From contig NC_043006.1 in assembly GCF_006345805.1 (NCBI RefSeq), positions 53,754,001-53,818,000 of the forward strand: 64,000 bases of DNA, given 5' to 3'. The stretch is from Octopus sinensis. Taxonomy: Eukaryota. Below are positions 48,470-60,201 of the stretch, in pieces. Position numbers and translations under genes: made by a program. Below the pieces are notes generated by a model that was not told the DNA's origin, made no database searches, and was given only the letters and a program-made list of their open reading frames with translations. Numbering within the stretch: position 1 is the stretch's first letter; every line of letters starts with the position of its first letter.

Positions 48470-48870
48470 TCTTGGTATAAAAGATGGGCTACAGCAAATA
48501 TTCTGTTCAATACCACAGATTTGCTTGTCAGTTGTTTGACCTTAACCAGCTGAACATGTCCCTTAGTGGCTGACAATATGTACATCTCTGGTCACGAGCA
48601 AAAGTAGTGGGGGGAGCATCATAGCTATGTATTGAGAGGAATTTGGAGGGGCTTTGGATAATTCACCTCTGGAAACATAGATGTTTTGTTCAACATTCTT
48701 AAACAACCCTTATTCAGGGACCTTTTGAGCATGATGGGCTACTCGCATGTGCCTGGTGTACTCTTATCAGATAGGTAGTCATGATTGGAATACTGGGCTT
48801 CATATATTTTACCTCAGTCCCACTTTGATGGCATGCACTGCTCTCTCGTTCAGTAATAATAATAATATAA
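48470..48870 (+). mobile_element. SINE-like family D copy
   Basis: Homologous to 10545-11098. Confidence 0.75.
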
Positions 48871-48927
48871 CACAAAAGTTAAAAGAAATTTAATCTTATT
48901 TTTTGTATGTCTTTTTTTTATTTTCAG

Positions 48928-49197
48928 GCCCTAAGCATTAGTATGACCAATATTATATTCAAACCGTTTCAGTACATTGGACAGCATATTAGCACCTTCA
49001 TCCGTGATATATGTGCACCTCTACCACTTTACATGCAGCCAATCATAATATTGCTGATGTTCTTTTCGATGCTGGTTTCGCTGATGATCCTAAGTGGTTA
49101 CTCTTTTTCTACCTTCTTTTTCTCTATCAGTAAAAAGAACAACAATGACAACAACAAGGACGTTCTCAACAAACTTCTACAAAAATTGGAGTACTTA
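48928..49197 (+). CDS. CLCC1: CLCC1-like coding exon 6 (ALSISMTNIIFKPFQYIG...LQKLEYL)
   Basis: TTTTCAG| and TTA|GTATGT, 270 bp. Aligns to CLCC1 KALAVTFTTFVTEPLKHIG.....FI..L...P..L..PV. Confidence 0.88.
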
Positions 49198-49584
49198 GTA
49201 TGTGTTTTTTTTTCACTTTTACTAGTATTTTAATTAGCCTCTTTGTTTACTTTCTGTTCAGTTTTTGTAGCAACTCTGAGTATATTACACATAAACATAC
49301 ACTTTGATGATTATATACATAACACACACAAGCACAAGTTCATCACCAGCACCATTATCACACAAACCATTATTATCATCAACACTTTGTCATCATTGCT
49401 AAAGCAACTGAGACACCTCACATCAGTAAAACCCCAAAATGGAGGCATGACAAACTTGTCTCCTTCAAAAGCACCAACATTGATATATATAAATGAAACC
49501 CATTTTCAGTGCTATACCTTAAAAACTCAGGAATTTTAATAAACTTTACAAATGGTTTCATGTCACAATCTTTGCTGATCTTTT

Positions 49585-50145
49585 AACCAGGCAGTGGCTC
49601 TCATGGCTACTGATCTTAACTGATTGGAAGTGTTACCATGTACATTGTTTTGTCTTGATATAAAAGATGGTCTACAGCAAATATTCTGCTCAGTACCACA
49701 GATTTGCTTGTCATTTGTTTGACTTTAACCAGTTGAGCATGTCCCTTAGTGGCTGACGATATGTGCATCTCTGATCATGAGTAGGAGTAGTGGGGGAGCA
49801 TCATAGCCATGTGTTGAAAGGAATTCTTAGAGGTTTGGACAATTCACCTTTGGAAACATGGGTAGTTCATTCAACACCCTTAAACAATCCTTATTCAGAG
49901 ACCTTTTGAGTGGGATGGGCTACTCGACCAGAAGAAAATTCTACCTGGGCCCCACCTGCAAGGTTATGCGCTGTTTATCTTGATATGAGATCACCATGTC
50001 ATGCCCATATGGTTGTGATGCATGTGCCTGGTGTACCCTTTTCAGACGGGTAGTCATGATGGGTATACTGGGCTTCGTATATTTTACCCCAGTGTCACTA
50101 TGATGGCATGCACTGCTCTCTCTTTCAATAATAATAATAATAATG
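49585..50145 (+). mobile_element. SINE-like family D, near full length
   Basis: Homologous to 10545-11098; (AAT)n tail. Confidence 0.75.
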
Positions 50146-51429
50146 ACAGATACTCATATGGAAGACATGTTAGTGTTCAGCTTTGCCAAACGATGTTCAC
50201 AAATGATTTGTTTGTAGTGATCAAATGTAGGTGCTGTACACTAGCTCACTCTCTCTATTAAATTGTTATTGCCTGAACAGGTACATGGTGTGCCACACAT
50301 CAGGTGTTGAACTGATTGCAGAGCAATGTGCGATGAAACAGTTTGCTCAAAAATGCAACACACCACCCAGTCTTGGAATTGAAGCCACAACCTCACAATC
50401 ATGAGTGCAACACCAGGCCATGTACCCTCGCTAATAATAATTATAACGAACTTATTGTTTAGAGTGCTCAAATACACTATAACTTATAAAAAAAAGTAAA
50501 TTATAAATTATATAAAAAAGTAAATTGTAAATTATATAAAAAAAAGAAATCACCATCTGATTGATGAGTAAACCTTCATTGACCAACATTCTCTGTCCAC
50601 AGTCCACCAATGCACTGTCTCCTCTCCCTGTCACTTACAACATATCATATAATCACTGGTCCATTAAACATTATCTCTTCTCTCTGTCACTTGTAAAATA
50701 TCTGTCCATGATTCTTGTTTCTCTGAACTAATAAACTATGTACTTAGCTGATCACCATTTTACCTATCTTTTCTGCTCTCCTTACTTCTTCTCACACTCC
50801 AATTTTTATACCAATTAAATCTTTCTTCCCTGGAATAGCTGTCCTTGGGACTTCCACTCCTTTCCACATTTTCCTTAACCCTTTAGCCATATTTGGCCCA
50901 AATATTTTCTTTGCTTTATGTTCAAACTGGCTAGATCCAGCCTGTCACATGTCGTCTGCAATATCAATCTAAAAATAAGCAATTACTTCATAAAATTCTT
51001 GAAATTACAACATCATCATCATCATTTGTGCATCCATTTTCCATGCTGGCATGGGTTAGATGGTTTGACTGGAACTGATAAGCTGGAGAGCTGCACCAGG
51101 CTCCAGTCCATTTTGGCTTGGTTTCTACAGCTGGATGTCCTTCTCACCTTACTGACAGCATCTCTGTGCATGGCTTGTACAGCTTTCACAAGCCACTCAT
51201 CTATCGCTAGCCCCCTTAGAGCCTATCATATCACACAGCAGGATAGTCTATCAGAGGCTTCCTCTAGATCAATGAATACCAGATATAATGGTTTATTCTT
51301 AGCTAAGTTGCAGTTGCCTGACCATGAAAATAGCATCAGTAGTGCTTCTCCCCAGGACGAAGCCTGACTGCATTTTGTCTAACCTAATTCCGACCCTAAT
51401 TAATTAGGTTATAACTCACTCCATAATTT

Positions 51430-51640
51430 TCATCAGCTGGCCCAAGAGTTTGATGCCTCTATGATTGCTTCTAAGGCATCTCCCTTACCCTTGTAGCAGC
51501 TAACAATAATGCTGCTACACCAGTCACTGAGTATTACACATTCCTGGACTATGTGGTTTGGAAACAGGTAAAGGCTAGCTTCAGGAAACATATCTAGCTG
51601 AAGAAATTCTAGCACAACAAATCTTACCTGACCCATGCAA
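51430..51640 (-). pseudogene. RTE RT N-terminal fragment
   Basis: SDWCSSIIVSCYKGKGDALE. Confidence 0.7.
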
Positions 51641-51997
51641 GTCTGAGAAAATAGGCATTAAAAATGATGATGACTATCACACAAAAATTTACGATACAAA
51701 CTAAGAAATATTACATTTCTATATCCTCTCATCCACTTCTATCAACCTACGCGAAACAGTTAACATCTAAAAGTTGGTTGTTTTTTTAATACTTTGATCT
51801 GTAGCATTTACCATTCAGTTTCTGCACTTTTCCAGTCTAATGTCACTCAACTGATATTTTCCAAATAACTCTGCAGTACTGGTTTAAGATTATTCCTTAT
51901 TTTTCTGATATACTTCTTTCAGGATAATTGTTTCTTTGCTTATTTGTTGATATACATATATGTGCAAATATACATCTACATACACATGTATTTTCAG

Positions 51998-52150
51998 GAA
52001 GACAACCAACCAACTAAAGATCAAATCGAAGATGTTGCATCATTATTAAAGAAATACATAAAGACCAGTGAAGACTTAAAATCTTTGGAGGACAAAAGTA
52101 ATGACTCGGCCATAATGGCTAGTGGTGATGCTGATCTTATGGCTACATAA
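51998..52150 (+). CDS. CLCC1: CLCC1-like terminal coding exon (EDNQPTKD...DADLMAT*)
   Basis: TTTTCAG| in phase 0, stop TAA at 52148-52150, followed by repeat-poor sequence with AATAAA at 52897-52902. Confidence 0.65.
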   Translation, partial: EDNQPTKDQIEDVASLLKKYIKTSEDLKSLEDKSNDSAIMASGDADLMAT

Positions 52151-52896
52151 GGATCCTTATTTAATATCAGCAGTGGCATATATAAATATGGCTAAATCAA
52201 TTAATCCTACTAATAATGAAATAACAGCCAAACCTGGACAATATGTACTACCATTGAAATATTATGTAAAGTGTCTGATTGAGAAAATATGTAATAAGAA
52301 TGCAAATACAAGCTCTAAGAAGGACCCTTGAAAAGGAAAAAGCTCAAACTGACAAAAGCATTAGAGTATCACCAAGAATGGTCACTGTTGATTCTTATTA
52401 CATTGTTGAGCAAGAATACTTATGACTTACATTGCTTGAGCAAGAATACTCACGACTCGGTTATGTTAACAGAATATGTTCCCAAAATGCATGACGTCTG
52501 CACTGATGATACTCAGTACTGTCCAGACCCATTATCTAATATTAGCTAGGGTTGGAAGCACATTGTGCACTATTTTCAAAAATAATCTCAACCTGCCTGA
52601 CTTCCTTTACTCAGCTGTCTCCCATATTTTCTGTGTACATTGGCTACCTAAACCCATGCTACTCTGACTGGATATCCATTTGTTCTGTGTCTTCAGCCTC
52701 ACCTACATGTTCTGCACCAACTTGTCACTGATTTCATTTCTAGGTTGGTTTCAGCAGCCTTTCTCATACTCTTTTTCCTTCCGGCCAGCACTATTAGCTT
52801 GACAATAGGAGTCATCAGTTCTCTTTGTATTATGTGGCAGCAAGCTTTTACTACTTTAAACTTCTCCAACAATATAAATGGACAACAGAGTGCTTG

Positions 52897-52902
52897 AATA
52901 AA
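52897..52902 (+). terminator. Candidate polyadenylation signal
   Basis: AATAAA about 750 bp after the stop, followed by a T-rich tract. Confidence 0.35.
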
Positions 52903-53402
52903 GAAAGGTAAATTAATTATTTTATAAAAAAAAAACAGATCACTTTTGATATGTTACAATTTGTTACACATTACAACTTCTGACCCTAGATGTGCTGCCT
53001 CCTTTCTCTGCCTTTTTGATAGATACACTAGTGGTCTCTGTTCCTTGGAGTTAGCTACTATTGTACCACTTTCTCCTTTCAAACACACCCAACTCATTCA
53101 TCTCACCTCCTATCAGCACAGTACATCCAGTACATTAGTCTTCTGGAATTCCCACTTCACACATTTTTCTGTAACTGTTTACTTGCATCTATTGAAGAAG
53201 TACATTAACTACATCAATCTTTACAGTCTCAGAAAGCTTGTAAAGGTCAGAAGCAAAATCCTTCCTCCAGATTAATATAATAAGAAAAGAAAACCCATTG
53301 GTTGAGTGTGATATTTCATCCACTGTTTAGATACCTGTTTCATGTATGTACCTGAATAGTTAGAAAAGTTGTAAATAATCTAGAACATGAAAAAATTACA
53401 CC

Positions 53403-53590
53403 TTGTTGGTGCTGTGGAGAACATTTGTTCTCAGCCACCAAGACAACTACTCCCAATTTTGGTTGCCACATAGCATCAAACTAACAGTGGAGCTCAAAAC
53501 AATCGAGTGCTGTTACACCAAGAAGATTGTCTCTGTGCAACAGATTAGCCACGGGGAGAGTCTGAAAGCAGTGAGGCTCTACTCCATAGA
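53403..53590 (+). pseudogene. CR1 LINE C-terminal fragment
   Basis: LVLWRTFVLSH..NYSQFW.P...RLYSIEQR; a diverged homologue of 25995-26606. Confidence 0.7.
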
Positions 53591-53899
53591 GCAAAGGTGC
53601 AAAAGATATGCAGTGGTGTCATTGTACTCCAGTGCAACTTATGGATACATAAGAGGTGCAATGAACTTGAAGGAAGGTTAACAGAGAAAGTAGTATTTGT
53701 GTGTGGTAGGTGTGCAAGTACAATAAACACTAAGAATATACAGGAAATAGACTTCCTCAAATGTCCAGGAGAATCCTTGGAGGTAGTAGACCGTTTTTGT
53801 TACCTGGATGACCAAATTAGCAGCATTGGGGGGTTGCTCTGAAAGTGTAGTTTCTAGAAAAAGAACCAGCTGAGCAAAGTTCAGAGAGTTATTACCTTT

Positions 53900-54058
53900 A
53901 TCTACATTATTTACATTTCACGGATATTTGTCCTCATCTTGTCTGTTGTTAACACAATGTTTCAGCTGATATACCCTCCAGCCTTCTTCAGGTGTCTTGG
54001 GGGAAATTTCGAACCTGTAAATAATGTACATAATTCCTAATCTCTTAAATATAGAACT
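53900..54058 (-). mobile_element. ~159-bp hammerhead-bearing insertion with 12-bp TSD (solo pLTR or retrozyme-like)
   Basis: GTTATTACCTTT is duplicated at 53888-53899 and 54059-54070, and the RTE sequence is colinear across the insertion. Confidence 0.8.
53951..53996 (-). ncRNA. Minimal type I hammerhead-ribozyme-like motif
   Basis: GACAC-CTGAAGA-A-GGCTG-loop-CAGCT-GAAA-CA-TT-GTGTT. Stem I is 5 bp and stem II is 5 bp. Confidence 0.72.
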
Positions 54059-54823
54059 GTTATTACCTTTGTTGGTAACAAAGTGCCTGTCTCTCAGAGT
54101 GAAGGCAGACTGTTTGATGCCTGTGTACAGGCAATTATGCTACATAGCAGCCAAATATGGGCTGTGACTGCAGAAGACATACAAAGGCTTAAAAGAAACG
54201 AAGTCAGCATGCTCTGCTAGATGTGCAATGTCAGTGTACATGTAAAACAAAGTGTGAATGTTTTGAGAGAAAAATTGGCTACAAGAGGCATCAGTTGTAG
54301 TGTGCAAGAGAGAAGACAGTACTGGTATGGTTATGTGCTGCATAAAGAAGTACCAATCTCTAGAAGTAGAGGGTACCTATAGAAGTGGAAGGCATGGGTC
54401 AAAGTGGTAAGAAATGATCTTCAGATGTTGAGCCTCACATAGGAGATGTCAAAAGCCTGTGACAACTGGTGATATGTTGTGCTTGAGAAGACCTACCCAG
54501 CAAAGTAAAATCCATATCCATGATCCTCTCCCACCCCTGTTCACTACCACCCCTTCCCCTGCCCTTCTATTCTTCGTCTCTTATCTACCTTCCTAATTAT
54601 ATGCCCCTGTTAAATCCCTTCCCTTCCTCCCACCTAACCACTCTCTCCAAACCCTGGTCTACTTCACTATATACATCATCCTCTTGTATGTATGACCCTT
54701 GCTCCCTTTCTGTTACATCTTCACTGGCTTTCTTTCCTCCCTCTCTCTCTCACCCATGTCAGCATGGAACACAGACGTTAAATAATAACGATGATGGTAT
54801 ATATATATATATATATATATATA

Positions 54824-55040
54824 TCATCATCATCATCATCGTCGTTTAACGTCCGTTCTCCATGCTAGCATGGGTTGGACGGTTCGACCGGGGTTCTGGG
54901 AAGCCAGTAGGCTGCACCAGGCTCCAGTCTAATTTGGCAATGTTTCTACAGCTGGATGCCCTTCCTAACGCCAACCACTCCGTGAGTGTAGTGGGTGCTT
55001 TTTACGTGCCACCTGCACAGGTGCCAGGCGGGGCTGGCAA

Positions 55041-55074
<34 letters not shown>

Positions 55075-55290
55075 TCATCATCATCATCGTCGTTTAACGT
55101 CCGTTCTCCATGCTAGCATGGGTTGGACGGTTCGACCGGGGTTCTGGGAAGCCAGTAGGCTGCACCAGGCTCCAGTCTAATTTGGCAATGTTTCTACAGC
55201 TGGATGCCCTTCCTAACGCCAACCACTCCGTGAGTGTAGTGGGTGCTTTTTACGTGCCACCTGCACAGGTGCCAGGCGGGGCTGGCAACG
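54824..55290 (-). repeat. Two identical RTE 3'-tail copies in tandem (248-bp period)
   Basis: 54824-55042 equals 55072-55290; each copy is bracketed by (AT)n. Confidence 0.93.
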
Positions 55291-55537
55291 ATATATATAT
55301 ATATATATTATAATATTATAATAATTAAGGAAGATCAATTCCATTGCCACAGGAATAAGAGATTCAAATTAAAAATATTAAATTGAATTACTCTCAATAA
55401 TTAATTCATATATATCAAAATAGTGTTAGAGATAGAAACACCCACAAATTCATCAACTCCGAACGGTATTAACTCAACCAAGCCATAAAATATTATACTT
55501 ACTATTTTTATTCATAATCCCAAAATTTTCCATATTA

Positions 55538-55637
55538 CAGACTACACGTGTTTCATGAGGATATGTATGGTATCTTTAAGTCATATAGTCTTGTTCAAAA
55601 ACTCATTATGTTTACGCAGTCCCAATCATCAGGTCTA
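55538..55637 (-). ncRNA. Type I hammerhead-ribozyme-like motif with extended stem II
   Basis: TAGAC-CTGATGA-TTGGGA...TCCTCAT-GAAA-CACGTG-TA-GTCTG. Canonical core, palindrome ACACGTGT, GUA triplet. Confidence 0.68.
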
Positions 55638-56040
55638 CTTTCCCCACATTTATAAATATAACTACTCCTTATATATCACTATGTTTGTCAAAATTAATTA
55701 CAAATATATAAGTATAAATAAGTGAATAAATAAATTCATGAACCTTATAAATTTAAGACATAAAAATTTAAGGAATAGAAACGGATATGAAGTACGACTA
55801 AAAAATACGAAAAAATCAATAAAGTAATACAATAATAATAAAAATAGAATGTAAAAAGTAAAAATTATGAACAAATCGAGTGTTAACTTATGTTTTTCAG
55901 TTTCCTCCCATTAAAACTAAAATATGTCTCCATCTTGCCAAAACCATTGAAGCTATTCTTAAAACTACCGATGTTATTCGAGTTGATTCTAACTTATATT
56001 AAATTTATAAGGTTTATGAATTTATTTATTCACTTATTTA

Positions 56041-56412
56041 TCTCTCTCTATATAAACGGCAGTTTGTCTGTGTGTGTTTCTGTGTGTCTGTTTGCTTGTA
56101 CCCTCACCCTGACCACGGCTTTCAACCGATTCTGATGAAACTTGACACACACATAGCCCAATGTCATAATTCAAAACTAACGCAGCGAAAATTTTGAAAA
56201 GTTCCCCCAGTTCTGAAAAAAATCGATAAATTCGACATGGGGTCAAGAATTAGAAACACAAACTACAGACTGTCTAGGGGATGCAACTCGACCTTTTTAA
56301 CTAAAAAAAATATTTACCATCATTTTTTTCCCATTTTTTGGCTATAACTCTCTAAAAATGCTTTATAGTTATTTCCCTTACAAACCCGAGCAACGCCGGG
56401 CGATACTGCTAG
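56041..56412 (+). mobile_element. Non-autonomous Helitron (different 5' end, same 3' end as 3790 and 27228)
   Basis: 5' TC; 3' ACAAACCCGAGCAACGCCGGGCGATACTGCTAG|T. Confidence 0.88.
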
Positions 56413-56500
56413 TACTTATATATTTGTAATTAATATATATATGTGTGTGTGCCACCACACACATTTTTTCTCTCCTTGTTTCTCCCCTTTTTTTTCTGTG

Positions 56501-56541
56501 TCCCTTTCTGTAGAAGAGCATAGGCTCGAAACGTAAAGGAC
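56501..56541 (+). ncRNA. Hammerhead-like motif with non-canonical core
   Basis: CCTTT-CTGTAGA-A-GAGC-ATAG-GCTC-GAAA-C-GTA-AAGG, within a TA-flanked pyrimidine-rich segment. Confidence 0.5.
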
Positions 56542-57169
56542 TTTTTCAATTCCTGAGCATTATACTAATACATCTGTTTGTTTTCTACACCACCCATCTT
56601 CATCTTTTGTTTTTTTCGTGAACTCTCCCTGTATATATATGGAAGATTCTGAAAGGTCTAGCACCTAAATATGGGATTGAAAGTTATCTCACCACCACCA
56701 CTCCTAACTGGATGCCACTACATTGTGTAAAAGGTTTCTCCCTCTCTATCTAGAATAAGGAGCCAATATTATGACATCATAGGGTTCACAGGTCAATAAA
56801 ATAAGTACCAGTTGAGCACTGGAGTTGATGTAATCGACTTTCCCCGCTCCACCAAAATTTCAGGCCTTGTGCCTATAGTGGAAAGAGTAGTTAGTATGTC
56901 AATGAGAATACAGAGACAACCTGTGAAAAGGTACCTGAAGATGAAAAAAAACTCAAATTTTCAAAAATATCAGAGTAGTATCAAGAATCTAGATTATCTT
57001 AGAAACCTGTAAATACTAACACAACCTTATTACTGAAGTGATTTTAAATGCATTTTGTTTTGTTTTCTTTTGGATTTGGGGATGGTTCATAATAAAATTG
57101 TAACAATTCAATTTATAAAGAGTATAAATTTTTAACATGTGTATTTTTGAATAAAAATAAACTTCCTAA

Positions 57170-57360
57170 ATTATCATCATCATCATCATCATCATAATCA
57201 TTTAACGTCTGCTCTCTATGTTGGCATGGGTTAGACGGTTTGACTGGAGCTGATGAGCTGGATAGCTGTACCAGGTTCCAGTCTGGTTTGGCATGGTTTC
57301 TACAGCTGGATGCCCTTCCTAATGCCAACCACACCAGGAGTGTAATGGGTGCTTTGTGTT
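57170..57360 (-). mobile_element. RTE 3' tail
   Basis: (CAT)n-TTTAACGTC...CTACAGCTGGATGCCCTTCC. Confidence 0.8.
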
Positions 57361-58473
57361 CACTAGACTTGCTAGAAATTGCAATGAAATGTCCAACAAT
57401 CACACATCATACTCTCTTTTAAGAAAGAATATATTTGATATGCTAAATCTGAAAGAAAAGAGTAGATGACTGAAAAAAATTTAGCTGCAGTGTCAAGCTA
57501 ACCTAGGTCTAAGCAACAGTAACAGCAGTCATTTCTGTATGTAATTAGCTGTTTAGGATTATGGAGTTTTCCATGGTCAGTTTAATGTAAACCTACTACT
57601 ATTCACCTCTAGTAGTTCTGTATAACTCTGACAGTCGAAATAAAAACAACTCATTTAAAATGGGGCTAGTGTACTCTTCCCATACCTACTCTGCTGGTAC
57701 AAGGGCTGAATCATTTGCCACCAGTTAGTCTCATCACCTTAATGTTGGATTAAGGCCAACTGGTGCCCTAAGCAAAGTCCAACAATGGTTTCCTCTTAGC
57801 TTTTTATTGCCTCACTGACAACGCATTGATTTAAGATGTTAGTGCTGAATATGATTTAATAGATTAAAAATTTACTTTTCTTCCAGGCTAGATCACACAG
57901 CTGTATTAAATATAGCCATTTAATTAACCATTAAATATCAGTAATCAATATAAACAAATTATTTATATATAATTAGAGCAACAGCAAAAGAATGTTAATT
58001 TTCGTCATCATCATCATTTTATTCTTATTTTCTTTGCTGACAAGATTGCAACGGTCTGCACAGTTGGAATCCACGCATATTCAGTGGGTACTGCTTGTCT
58101 AGACAGGTTTGAGGGTATCTTGTTTGCATCTCACTTTTGGCTTGGTTTCTACAACTGGATGTACTTCTAATGATGTTCACATTTTCATGACACCAGCACC
58201 CTAGAGGTAACCATGTCTTCAACATGAGTAAGCTAGCAATCAGTTACGACGACGAGGGTTCCAGTTGATCTGATCACTGGAATAGCCTGCTCATGAAATT
58301 AACATGCAAGTAGCTGAACATTCTACAGACACATGTACCCCTAACGTAGTTCTCAGAGAGATTCAGTGTGACACAGAATGTGACATGGTTGGCCCTTGGA
58401 ATTACAGGCACTACTAATTTTTGCAACTGAATGCACTGGAGCAAGGTGGAATAAAATGTCTAGCTGAAGGACA

Positions 58474-58910
58474 TGTAGTGACGCCTGGTTCCAGACACCA
58501 TTTTGGGATTTTCATCCACTCATGCGCAGGGATTAGAGCCTTCTTGAAGGCCTGCTGGAAGCCCCTTATGTGCATGCACAGTCATCAGCAGCAACTAGGC
58601 TTGACCACCATTCTCTCTCTCTTTGCCCCTGCTGCCAACCCAGCCGGATGCAACTTGACCAGCTCCGCGTGACTGGAATTCTGAAGGCGATCCACGACTT
58701 CGGCGAATCTGTGAAGAATGCCTTCACAATTGTGATTAAACCGACTCTGCTGTTTCCACACCAAGGCGACCTAGCTACCGATTGTCCAGAGATGCAACGC
58801 TTGTACAGACAGAAAAATATTGTTATCTGTTCGGAGATTCTTGTTCCTGCTATTTTCCTTTCCACGACTATGTAAGGAATTCTGAGGCACCCATCCAGTG
58901 CCAACCTCAC
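58474..58910 (+). repeat. 5' LTR (terminal bases and PBS deleted)
   Basis: Matches the 3' LTR up to CTCACTTC, then diverges with no CTACA or TGG. Confidence 0.8.
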
Positions 58911-59559
58911 TTCGATGAAGGACATTAGCAGCCAAGACTCTGACTAGCACCCGTTTTCACAATAGTGGAAGGAAAAACGCAGCTTATTCACTAACGCCGA
59001 TATCACACATCTGTCTGCTCACGCTATTTCTTCAACTGACATCAAGCCGCAACAATTTGGACAGAAGAAGACAGACCAACGCCAACACCACGTGCTCATA
59101 ATCAGGGTTGTGGAGCCATCTTTCTTTCAACCACGTGCTTCTACACGTTTTGTTTTCAACTGCTATTTTGACTTTCATCTTCTAGCGAAATTTATTTTTG
59201 CCAGCTTCTCAAGAACAAAAAAAAACAAACAAAAAAAAAACAGCAGGACAGCCTTACAAACAAAACACACAGTACACATGCGCACACTAATTTTCTGATG
59301 TTTTTTCATTTTTTTCAGCGCGACAAAGGTTCGTGAATTTTTCCCTGCATACAGTACACAACAAACCAAAACAAAAAAAAATTGTTTTCTTAAGATTTTT
59401 TTTCCCCTTTTGTACACACACTGCTCCACGGAAACATTTCTATCGGTTTCTTTACTTCACAAGTTTCATCTCAAGGGGATGCAACTCTGTGATTTGCACA
59501 GATTGAAGCCTATTTTTCGACTCACGGCATTTCTCCCGTGCAACAATTGCAGCTCTTGT

Positions 59560-60201
59560 ATTGTGGCATGCCCGCACCACTTCGCCATCTCTGCTAGGGA
59601 TCTAGTTACAGATCCTAGCCCAGATGCCACTTATGCGTCTGTTAAAACGGAGATTCTGCGCCGCAACACCAGGTCTACAGAGAACCGCTTCAATGAACTA
59701 AGGGCGGACGAAGAATTGGGAGACAGAACCCCATCACAGTTTTTGCGCCATCTGCAAGAGTTAAGTAGTGATTCGACTGACGCGCCTCTTTTGCAAAAAA
59801 TATTTTTTTCCAGATTGCCTTCTAACATACAGACAATTTTGGCCACGGCTCTTGAGCACAACACCGTGTATCAGATCACCACTATGGCGGACAAAATTTT
59901 AGAATTTTCCAGACAGCCATCGTCATGTGGTGCTTGCGTTTGTTCTGAGGCTCCTTCGGCAGCCTCAGTTAAATCCTCTCCCTTATCACATGATGCCATT
60001 TCTGACAAGCTGGATGCGCTCAAGCAACAGATGGACATGCTGTGCCGGGATAATAGACGTTTTCCGCATAGTCGCAGTCATTCTGCCTCTCGGTCACATT
60101 CTGGGCTGTGTTGGTACCATCCCAAATTTGCAGATAAAGTGCACAAATGCATCCAGCCGTGCAGTTTTAAGTCTTCGGGAAACGAGTATCAGAGGAGTTG
60201 A
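59560..60201 (+). pseudogene. Gag, C-terminal part
   Basis: EELGDRTPSQFLRHLQ, FFSRLP and CWYHPKFADKVHKCIQPC (Cx2Hx9Cx3C, CHCC motif). Confidence 0.88.

Larger units (their letters stand above)
53590..54795 (+). mobile_element. Degenerate RTE LINE (PHD finger to 3' tail)
   Basis: QCNLWIHKRC...FVCGRC, VDRFCYL, WAVTAED and the tail CAGACGTTAAATAATAACGATGATG. Confidence 0.8.

Noticed and set aside
51923-51997. Upstream in-frame acceptor extending the last CLCC1 exon
   Set aside because: The added peptide is TA/CA low-complexity sequence, and the 51997 acceptor is stronger. It cannot be excluded without RNA data.
56930-57015. CTGAAGA...GAAACCTGTA hammerhead candidate
   Set aside because: Stems I and II do not pair.
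58566-58925. ORFs inside the Gypsy direct repeats
   Set aside because: No integrase or other domain motifs, and the frames are not conserved between the two LTR copies.
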